From Bacillota bacterium (lineage in GTDB: Bacteria; Bacillota; Sulfobacillia; DUSP01; DYEP01): 64,000 nt of DNA. A model generated the notes under the pieces. The model saw only the letters and a program-made list of their open reading frames with translations, was not told the origin of the DNA and did no database searches. Position 1 is the stretch's first letter, and every line of letters begins with the position of its first letter. The stretch covers positions 7-64,006 of the forward strand of contig JBFMAL010000012.1 in NCBI GenBank assembly GCA_040755615.1, given 5' to 3'. Positions 56,981 through 64,000 of the stretch are shown here, piece after piece. The position numbers were made by a program, and so were the translations under genes.

Positions 56981-58947
56981 AACGCTTCCACCTCCGCCAG
57001 GATCTGTTCGTTGGTGAACCCAAGGAGGTTCATGGCGCCATCCCTGCATGCAACCGTGCAGGCACCACAGCCCTGACACAACCCTGTATTAACCGACGCC
57101 ACACTGCGGGTGACGGTTTCTTTCCCCGCGCGTTCCGTGATGATTTTTTCTTCAATGGCCTTGTATGGACATACGTTCATACACCAAAGGCACCCCGAGC
57201 AGAGCGATTCATCTACTGAGGCCACGTTGGGGTTCGTGGTCAGCTCCGACTTCGCAAAAAGGGATATCACCTTGACCGCCGCGGCGCTGGCCTGCGCCAC
57301 TGTCTCAGGTATGTCCTTGGGCCCCTGGCACGTACCTGCCAGGAATACCCCCGCAGTGTTGGTCTCGACCGGCCGCAGCTTCGGGTGCGCTTCACTGAAG
57401 AAGCCGTACTGGTTATATGAAATGCCCAGTTTCCTAGCCATCTCGGGTGCGTCGATCTGGGGCACCATGGCGGCGGCCAGCACGACCAGGTCCGCCTCCA
57501 CCTCTACCCTCTGGCCGAGCAGCGTATCCTCGCCCTGCACGATCAGCTTGCCGTCCAGTGGGTAAATCCGGGATACCCTGCCGCGCACGTACCTTGTGCC
57601 AATTTCCTGGGAACGCTGGTAGAATTCCTCATAGTCTTTACCTCCGGCCCGAACGTCCATGTAGAACACGTATGCGCTGGCGCCGGGGATCTTCTCCTTG
57701 AGCAGGATGGCGTGCTTGGCCGTGTACATGCAGCACGCCTTGGAGCAGTAGGGATAGCCCTTGTTTTCATCCCGGGATCCAACACATTTTATAAACACCA
57801 CGGTCCTGGGTATCCTGCCGTCAGACGGCCGCCGGATTTTCCCGTCAGTCGGACCGGTGGAACTGATGAGCCGCTCGAGTTCAAGCCCTGTGATCACGTC
57901 AGGGTACCTGCCGTAGCCGTATTCGCCGTACGCTTCCACTGAGAACTGTGTGGCGCCTGTGGCGGCTACCACGGCCCCGAACTTCTCGTTTAACACCTGA
58001 TCCTCCTGGCTGAAGTCGACCGCGCCAGAGGGGCACACCTTCTGGCAGATCCCGCACTTGCCTTCGGTAAAATGCCTGCAGATCTCCCTGTCGATGGTCG
58101 GCTTGTTGGGAACGGCCTGAGGGAAAGGCATGTATATGGCTTTCCGGGTACCAAGGCCCATGTTGAACTCGGAATCCCGGCTGGTGGGGCATTTTGAGAT
58201 ACAGATGCCGCATGCCGTACACCGGGCTTCATCTATGGACCTCGCGCGCTTACGCAAGCGCACTTGAAAATTGCCCACGTAACCGCTGATATCCTCCACC
58301 TCGGAGCACGTCAATATGCGAATGCCCGGGTGCGACGCCGCATCCACCATCTTGGGAGTAAGGATACAGGAAGAACAGTCAAGCGTGGGAAAGGTCTTGT
58401 CCAGCTGCGCCATGCGGCCTCCGATGGTAGGTTCCCGCTCGACGATGGTCACCTCATAACCGGCTTCCGCTATATCAAGTGCTGCCTGTATCCCCGCAAT
58501 GCCTCCTCCTATCACAAGCGCCCTTTTCTCCACCGGTATGGTAGAAGGAAAAAGCGGAACACTTCTTTTCACCTTGGCAACAGCGCGGCGCACGATGTCA
58601 ACCGCCTTGGGCGTGGCCACAGACATATCGCTGTGTACCCAGGAACAGTGCTCCCTGATATTCGCCATCTCCACGAGGTATTGGTTCAATCCCGCCGACG
58701 CCGCACATTTCCTGAACGTCATCTCGTGCATCCGCGGTGAACAGGCGGCCACCACCACCCGGTCCAGGCGATGCTCCTTTATCGCCTTTCTGATAGAGTC
58801 CTGACCCGGGTCAGAGCACGTGTACTTGTTCTGCTCCACGTGCACCACGCCCGGCATCTTCGCTGATTCCTCCGCTACTTTGCCCACGTCCACAGTTCCG
58901 GCGATGTTCGAGCCGCACCAGCAGACGAATACACCAATGCGTATCAC
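56971..58947 (-). CDS. hdrA: Heterodisulfide reductase subunit A (bifurcating flavoprotein)
   Basis: GVFVCWCG.NI, ACSPRMHE, NIREHCSWVH, GGGIAG, DKTFPTLDC, CVGSRD, CSKACC, GPKDIP. Confidence 0.96.
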   Translation of the reverse strand: MIRIGVFVCWCGSNIAGTVDVGKVAEESAKMPGVVHVEQNKYTCSDPGQDSIRKAIKEHRLDRVVVAACSPRMHEMTFRKCAASAGLNQYLVEMANIREHCSWVHSDMSVATPKAVDIVRRAVAKVKRSVPLFPSTIPVEKRALVIGGGIAGIQAALDIAEAGYEVTIVEREPTIGGRMAQLDKTFPTLDCSSCILTPKMVDAASHPGIRILTCSEVEDISGYVGNFQVRLRKRARSIDEARCTACGICISKCPTSRDSEFNMGLGTRKAIYMPFPQAVPNKPTIDREICRHFTEGKCGICQKVCPSGAVDFSQEDQVLNEKFGAVVAATGATQFSVEAYGEYGYGRYPDVITGLELERLISSTGPTDGKIRRPSDGRIPRTVVFIKCVGSRDENKGYPYCSKACCMYTAKHAILLKEKIPGASAYVFYMDVRAGGKDYEEFYQRSQEIGTRYVRGRVSRIYPLDGKLIVQGEDTLLGQRVEVEADLVVLAAAMVPQIDAPEMARKLGISYNQYGFFSEAHPKLRPVETNTAGVFLAGTCQGPKDIPETVAQASAAAVKVISLFAKSELTTNPNVASVDESLCSGCLWCMNVCPYKAIEEKIITERAGKETVTRSVASVNTGLCQGCGACTVACRDGAMNLLGFTNEQILAEVEALCL

Positions 58948-58959
58948 ATGTATCGCCCC

Positions 58960-59805
58960 CTATGCCAGCTGCTTTGCCCTGAGGAGGCCCATGGCATTGA
59001 CCATATGCGTGGTCAGGCCAAGCCGCTTCGGCTCAAGACCGAAGGCCAGCCCCAGGAGCTCGGTAACGTAGTACACTGGCAACTTTGTTCGCCCGCGCTG
59101 CCTCATGTCCAGGTTCGCCTGGCACATGGGACAGGCTGTGACGATGCACTCGGCGCCGTGACGAGCCGCCATGTCCACGATAAAGGTGGCGAGCGAAACC
59201 ACCAGCTTCGTATCGGACAGGGATAGGCTTGCGCCGCAGCACTCGGTGCGATGGGGCCAATCAACCGCCCTTGCCCCCGTGGTCTCCACCAGTCTCTCCA
59301 TCTTGCCCGGGTTCTCCGGGTCATCGAAGTCGGCGTACTCCGGGGGTCTGAGCAGAAGACAACCGTAGTAGCAGGCCACTTTCAGCTCTTTGAGCTTCTT
59401 TGTGACCTTTTCCCCCACGGCTTCGGGGCCGTACTGGTAAAGCACGTCAAGAATTGAAAGCGGCTCGTAGCGGCCCTTGTACTCACTGCCAAGGGCAGTC
59501 AGTACCTTCCTTGCGAGACCAGGATCGCTACGGAGCGCATGGTGAGCCCCGCGCAGCCTGCTGTAACATGCAGTGCAGGGCGTCATCAGAGGCAGGTTCA
59601 TTTGTTCTGCAAGGATGAGATTTCTCGCAGGAAGAGACACGGCCAGCGTGTGGTCGACACTGTGGGCCGAGGACGCGCCGCAGCAGCTCCAGTCCGGGAG
59701 TTCCCGGTACTCGATGCCGAGGAAGTCAAGGCAGGCCCGGGAAGACATGTCATACTCCTTCGCGGTGCCGTGTAAGCTGCAACCCGGGTAGTAGGCGTAG
59801 CCCAC
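58960..59805 (-). CDS. hdrB: Heterodisulfide reductase subunit B (two CCG domains)
   Basis: YYPGCSL, DWSCCG, YYGCLLLRP, ECCG, ACPMCQANLD. Confidence 0.95.
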   Translation of the reverse strand: MGYAYYPGCSLHGTAKEYDMSSRACLDFLGIEYRELPDWSCCGASSAHSVDHTLAVSLPARNLILAEQMNLPLMTPCTACYSRLRGAHHALRSDPGLARKVLTALGSEYKGRYEPLSILDVLYQYGPEAVGEKVTKKLKELKVACYYGCLLLRPPEYADFDDPENPGKMERLVETTGARAVDWPHRTECCGASLSLSDTKLVVSLATFIVDMAARHGAECIVTACPMCQANLDMRQRGRTKLPVYYVTELLGLAFGLEPKRLGLTTHMVNAMGLLRAKQLA

Positions 59806-60364
59806 TTCTCTTCCCTCCTTTCTCGTGCCGGAACAGAGAGCGCAGTTGCCTCACTCCGGCGATGCCCCGTGGTGGCTTCAGTTTGCCCTGCATGAACATG
59901 CGGAGCCCGAGGTCCAGGTCCTGAAACAGGTTCATGGAAGCGAGCTTGTACCTTACCACCAACTCGAACTCATTGATCCTGCCATACCTCTTGATCAGGG
60001 AAAGGAATACCTTGTGAAACGCCTGGGCGCGTCTTGACGTCCGGACGTTTCTTGCGAGAGCGATGACCCTGAGCGCAGACATGACCCCGGCGATGTCCAC
60101 TCCGCGCGGACACCGGGTGGTGCACGTGAAGCAGCCTGCGCATCGCCAGATGGTGGGGCTGTTCAGGGCCCTGTCGGAAAGCCCGAGTTGTACCATGCGG
60201 ATCACCTGGTGCGGCTGTTCCTCCATGGCAAAGGACACGGGGCAGCCAGCCGAACACTTCCCGCACTGGTAACAGCTCAGGACTTTCTTCCCCCCTTCGG
60301 CCTCAACCGCCTGTGCAAATGGAAGCCATTCGCCCTCATGACGGGACAGGTTGAGATAGTTCAT
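59750..60364 (-). CDS. hdrC: Heterodisulfide reductase subunit C
   Basis: CYQCGKCSAGCP, WRCAGCFTCTTRCP, YGRINE. Confidence 0.93.
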   Translation of the reverse strand: MNYLNLSRHEGEWLPFAQAVEAEGGKKVLSCYQCGKCSAGCPVSFAMEEQPHQVIRMVQLGLSDRALNSPTIWRCAGCFTCTTRCPRGVDIAGVMSALRVIALARNVRTSRRAQAFHKVFLSLIKRYGRINEFELVVRYKLASMNLFQDLDLGLRMFMQGKLKPPRGIAGVRQLRSLFRHEKGGKRSGLRLLPGLQLTRHREGV

Positions 60365-60567
60365 GCGCCTCTTTCCCTTCGTCTTGAGGATTTTTAACAG
60401 ACACAATTCCACATACTCGACTTATCTTCCTTCAAATCCCACAAAATTACTGGAGATTTGTCGCCTGAACCAGAGCCTTATACTGGCAATAATGGATTTC
60501 GTGGAGGGTTTCGTTGTTTGCAGGAGAAACACTAAAGTTAGTTTTTTAAGACTGGAGGTCGCCTGGG

Positions 60568-61113
60568 TTGAAACGGTTGCTGCTACTATTCCGCGTGTTC
60601 TTCGTAATCGGGGCCTTCACCTTTGGAGGGGGATACGCCATGGTCCCCCTTATGCGGAGAGAGCTGGTAGAAAGATACAGTCTCATAAAAGATGAGGAGT
60701 TTCTTGATATTTTCGCGCTCGTTCAGGGCGCTCCGGGACCCATAGCGGTGAACGTCTCGCTTTATACGGGTTTTCACATAGCAGGTCTCAAAGGTGCGAT
60801 GGTATCCGTTCTTGGCACCGTGCTCCCGTCGTTTTTGATCATCCTCGCGCTGGTCGCTCTGGGAGCGCGTTACCTTGAACTACCTGCAGTCGTCGCCGCA
60901 TTTCGTGCGATTCGGCCTGCAGTGGTGGCGCTGATCGTCGCCTCCGGCATATCCGTCGCGCGGCGCGTGATCAATGATGCGCGAGGTTTGATCCTGGCAC
61001 TGGCCGCCTTCCTGGCAGTGGCCTTCGGGGTTCACCCCGCGCTCGCGGTAGCCGGCGGTGCCCTGGTCGGTGTGGTGCTTGAAAGGAGGGGCGGGTCTCG
61101 TGGAACTGCTTGA
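60568..61113 (+). CDS. Chromate transporter, short-chain CHR subunit 1
   Basis: IGAFTFGGGYAM, PGPIAVN, LPSF. Confidence 0.92.
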   Translation: MKRLLLLFRVFFVIGAFTFGGGYAMVPLMRRELVERYSLIKDEEFLDIFALVQGAPGPIAVNVSLYTGFHIAGLKGAMVSVLGTVLPSFLIILALVALGARYLELPAVVAAFRAIRPAVVALIVASGISVARRVINDARGLILALAAFLAVAFGVHPALAVAGGALVGVVLERRGGSRGTA

Positions 61114-61618
61114 ACTGACCGCCACCTTTTTCAGAATAGGGTTGTTCAGCTTCGGCGGTGGGTACGCCATGATTCCCCTGATAGAAGTGGAAACGGTGTT
61201 AAGACACCAGTGGCTTGAGAGGGTGCAGTTTGTGGATATCATCGCCATAGCGGAGATGACGCCCGGTCCCATCGCAGTCAATTCCGCCACTTTTGTAGGT
61301 TACAAGGTAGCAGGTGTGGCGGGTTCTGCCGCTGCTACCTTAGGCGTGATCCTGCCCTCCATCATCATAGTCCTGCTGCTGGCGACGCTGTTTGAGAAGA
61401 GGCGGCATCACGCGTACGTAGCCGCCGTGCTGAGGGGAGTGAAGCCTGTGGTGGTGTCCCTGATTTTTCTTGCCGGGGTCAGCGTGTTCAAAAAGTCGAT
61501 CACGGACCTGCCCACCGCTGCCGTGGGCGTCCTGGCGTTCGTGGTGACCACAAAGACCAGGATAAACCCTATCCTGATCCTGGTTGGCGCAGGCGTGCTG
61601 GGGGCGCTCTTCTTCTGA
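61100..61618 (+). CDS. Chromate transporter, short-chain CHR subunit 2
   Basis: IGLFSFGGGYAM, EMTPGPIAVNSATFVG; AGGAGG SD before GTG 61100. Confidence 0.92.
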   Translation: MELLELTATFFRIGLFSFGGGYAMIPLIEVETVLRHQWLERVQFVDIIAIAEMTPGPIAVNSATFVGYKVAGVAGSAAATLGVILPSIIIVLLLATLFEKRRHHAYVAAVLRGVKPVVVSLIFLAGVSVFKKSITDLPTAAVGVLAFVVTTKTRINPILILVGAGVLGALFF

Positions 61619-61630
61619 CACTGTTTTTCA

Positions 61631-62494
61631 TCAGCCTTCCTTCAGCAGGCATAACGCGACCGCGCCGGGGCCGAGACCCGCTGTTACTGAGGCCGCAGCG
61701 TGCAGGATCATCTCTTCGTGAACACAGAAGTTGTCGCGCACGGCCCCCATAACGGTTCGCGCATCTCCCTCCGCAGCAACGTGCACAACAGCAGCGCGCA
61801 CCGCCGCGCCTTTGCCTATTTTATCCACCGCCGCTTTTACCAACATTTCAAGGCCTCGTTTGCGGCCGCGTACGAGGCGGTACGGCGCCAGCACGCCTCG
61901 GCGAGCTGTGACAATGGGGTTTAGCGAAAGGTTGGCTCCGAGCCAGGCCTGCGCCTTGCCGAGGCGGCCCGCACGGTGCAAGAACGTAAGGTCGGGAATG
62001 AGCACGAAGATGGCCGTTCGGTCGATGGCGCTCCGCACCAATCGGATGATGGAATCCCTGTCTGCCCCCGCAGCAGCCGCCCTGGCAGCCTCCAACGCTA
62101 CCCAGCCCGTTGCCATGGATCCCGTCCCGCTGTCAACAACCAAGATGTCAATCTCGCTGCACCCGGCGGCAGCCAGTGTGGCCGCGTTATATGTTCCCGA
62201 CAGCTGCGCTGTGACGTGGATAGATACGACGGAGAGACGGGGGCACGAGGGGTCCGCAAACTCCCGGACCCTGCGGTAGGCCTTCATAAAGTCTCCGGGA
62301 GCGGGCTGGGAAAACTGGGGATACTCTCCCCGGGCGAGAAGCTCAAGCACCTGCTCAGGACTGATGTCGATGCCGTCGCGGAATGTCCGTCCCCGCACTA
62401 TGATGTATATAGGGATCACGACTAAAGACAGGCCCGATACCAGGTGGGAAGGCAGGTTACAGGTGCTGTCGGTCACAATCATCACATAGCGCAC
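61631..62494 (-). CDS. DegV/FakB fatty-acid-binding protein
   Basis: IVTDSTCNL, SQPAPG, LSGTY, VDS, L.FLHRAGR, LGPG. Confidence 0.92.
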   Translation of the reverse strand: MRYVMIVTDSTCNLPSHLVSGLSLVVIPIYIIVRGRTFRDGIDISPEQVLELLARGEYPQFSQPAPGDFMKAYRRVREFADPSCPRLSVVSIHVTAQLSGTYNAATLAAAGCSEIDILVVDSGTGSMATGWVALEAARAAAAGADRDSIIRLVRSAIDRTAIFVLIPDLTFLHRAGRLGKAQAWLGANLSLNPIVTARRGVLAPYRLVRGRKRGLEMLVKAAVDKIGKGAAVRAAVVHVAAEGDARTVMGAVRDNFCVHEEMILHAAASVTAGLGPGAVALCLLKEG

Positions 62495-62824
62495 GGCAGT
62501 AACACCTCCGCGAGCTACCCGTATGGCGATCTTCGGATATCGCCATTACAGTCTACGCGGCGTACGCTGTGGAGCAGTACCGAAGACGGTGACATTCATT
62601 ACCTTGAATATAGGCCCGCAGTATTATGCGGGCCTCAAGTTCTTCGTGCAAGAGCGTATCAATCAATTCCGCCGTTCCAGCACGCTCCTGCTTCCTGATT
62701 TCCACTTGTAGATAACTGTCATTTCTCCAAACATATCTCAATCCGGGTCATGTAACAGGAACGACGGGAAAAACCGGCAAAAGTACTGCATAATCATAAT
62801 AAGGAAAGGCTTATGCCCGCTGCC

Positions 62825-63235
62825 CTAATCAGTAATGGTTTTTTCCGCGGCCTTTAGGACAGTTTCCAGATCCTTGTACGCCCTTTCTCCATCTTTGCGG
62901 GTGTATTCAAGAGTCGGGATAAAGTCCACGTCACCATAAAAGGAAAACTCGCGTTCTTTTCTCAGCCACTTGGAAATTGAAATAAGCTCATTTACGCTGT
63001 CCGCTACTTCATCGGGTAGCTTGTGGCTGTATTCCGCCAGAAGATAGCCAACATCATGTTGTTTTGGAGGTTCAACCCCGATGTGCCTCAACATACCTTT
63101 TAACGCCAGTTCAACGGCTTCCTGAGCCTCACGGACAACATCGGAATATGCTTCCTCCTGCATAAGCAGAGACAATACTTTTAACCGGACTCTTGCCTTT
63201 TCAAGGTAACTTCTTGCTAGGGTGACATTATTCAT
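62825..63235 (-). CDS. HEPN-domain protein (toxin partner)
   Basis: AQEAVELALKG, HDV, R..REFSFYGD; overlaps the MNT stop. Confidence 0.88.
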   Translation of the reverse strand: MNNVTLARSYLEKARVRLKVLSLLMQEEAYSDVVREAQEAVELALKGMLRHIGVEPPKQHDVGYLLAEYSHKLPDEVADSVNELISISKWLRKEREFSFYGDVDFIPTLEYTRKDGERAYKDLETVLKAAEKTITD

Positions 63236-63723
63236 ATATCAAACACCTCTCCCTGCCGGTAATCGGGCTTTAGCAACCAATGCCACCGTCCCCGGATGAA
63301 GATTTTTCTTGCACCGAGTTTCTTCAGGCGTGCTGAAAAGTCTTTCAGGTATCCGTAAAAAAAGTCATCTTTATCATAGAGTAATACAGCATCGTTAATC
63401 ATATCCAGAAAAAGCAGACTGCCAACCAGTACTTCTTCAGGGGTTTTTATCACTGGAGAAAGTGTGGTGTGAATCCCCTTTTCTTTTAAAGAGCTGAATA
63501 CCGGACTCATTCTTTCTTCCACTGCTGAAAACTGATCAATCCGTCTTACCCGGCCAGGGGGAAGGTTGCGGGCTACGACAAGAACATCAATATCAGATTC
63601 AAAAGAAGGTGTGCCACGACCTACTGAGCCAAAAACAGCCAGTGTAATAAGGTCCTCACCGTACACACTCTCACAAGCCTTACGTAGTTGTATTGTGGCG
63701 AACTGAAATGACTCCAGAAGCAT
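63232..63723 (-). CDS. Minimal nucleotidyltransferase (MNT antitoxin)
   Basis: FGSVGRG....SDIDVLVV. Confidence 0.9.
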   Translation of the reverse strand: MLLESFQFATIQLRKACESVYGEDLITLAVFGSVGRGTPSFESDIDVLVVARNLPPGRVRRIDQFSAVEERMSPVFSSLKEKGIHTTLSPVIKTPEEVLVGSLLFLDMINDAVLLYDKDDFFYGYLKDFSARLKKLGARKIFIRGRWHWLLKPDYRQGEVFDI

Positions 63724-64000
63724 AGCAACTTCCCCTTGCCCCTTTTAATTATGGTTATTATAGCATGTACCAGAATGCGAAAAAAAGCGAAAACCCAGTG
63801 ATGTCAGAAGTTGCGCAAACCACTCCATCTAATAGGACCTAACAACTGCAAGATCCTTTAGTCTTTGAGTTCGGTTTTGGAGTATAATAATGCATGACCT
63901 TGTCCGCAAAGTCCAACTATGCTTTCGAGTATTACCTGCTATTTGGCACTGCCCCGGCGAGAAGTGTTAATCTATCCTAGCTCAACCGCAACCTTATACA

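Noticed and set aside
59750-59805. 56-nt hdrC/hdrB overlap as a programmed frameshift or fusion
   Set aside because: hdrB has its own AGGGAGG/GAAGAG-type purine-rich SD and GTG start; most simply a short C-terminal run-on of hdrC.
60365-60567. Rex operator upstream of hdrC
   Set aside because: Only half-site matches to TTGTGAA-N4-TTCACAA are visible; needs a PWM scan or EMSA.
7000-62500. Many long antisense or alternate-frame ORFs (e.g. 17972-18901, 34819-35652, 46995-47750)
   Set aside because: Expected shadows of GC-rich coding strands that overlap confidently identified genes.
1-64000. CRISPR arrays, tRNA/rRNA genes, integrases, intact transposases, prophage genes
   Set aside because: None seen on either strand by manual reading.

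Overview
This is a mostly core-genome window from a fairly GC-rich, spore-forming, anaerobic Bacillota (Firmicutes). In order it carries: an unannotated 44-aa basic small protein; an orphan pilT; a soluble Rossmann-MCP chemoreceptor; an NTTRR-F1-like gene; a large beta-propeller lipoprotein; nadB-nadC-nadA-niaR with a palindromic operator; envelope-stress genes (PspC, LiaF-like, SH3 lipoprotein, LysM, YknXYZ/MacAB-type ABC); a gerA-B-C-D receptor operon; a molybdopterin oxidoreductase; a selenium-associated cluster (LysR-DUF3343-cysteine desulfurase-yedE-yedF) ending in a decayed Sec-type selD; a cobalamin-riboswitch-controlled cobamide salvage operon; cdaA-cdaR-glmM-glmS with the glmS ribozyme; an atypical OYE; hdrCBA-flxDCBA followed by a polyprenyl synthase and rex; a chromate transporter pair; degV; and an AT-richer MNT-HEPN module at the right edge. 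There is no rRNA, tRNA, CRISPR array or intact transposase. The best leads are (1) the cob operon, which lacks cobC but contains a HAD phosphatase and a DUF71/Dph6-like ATPase, (2) the Flx-Hdr-hepT-rex operon, (3) a four-promoter ECF regulon read directly from the DNA, (4) the selD pseudogene inside an intact yedE/yedF cluster, (5) the small basic protein, and (6) an IS200/IS605-like hairpin that splits the pilT ribosome-binding site. All family calls come from motif recognition by eye; no searches were run.
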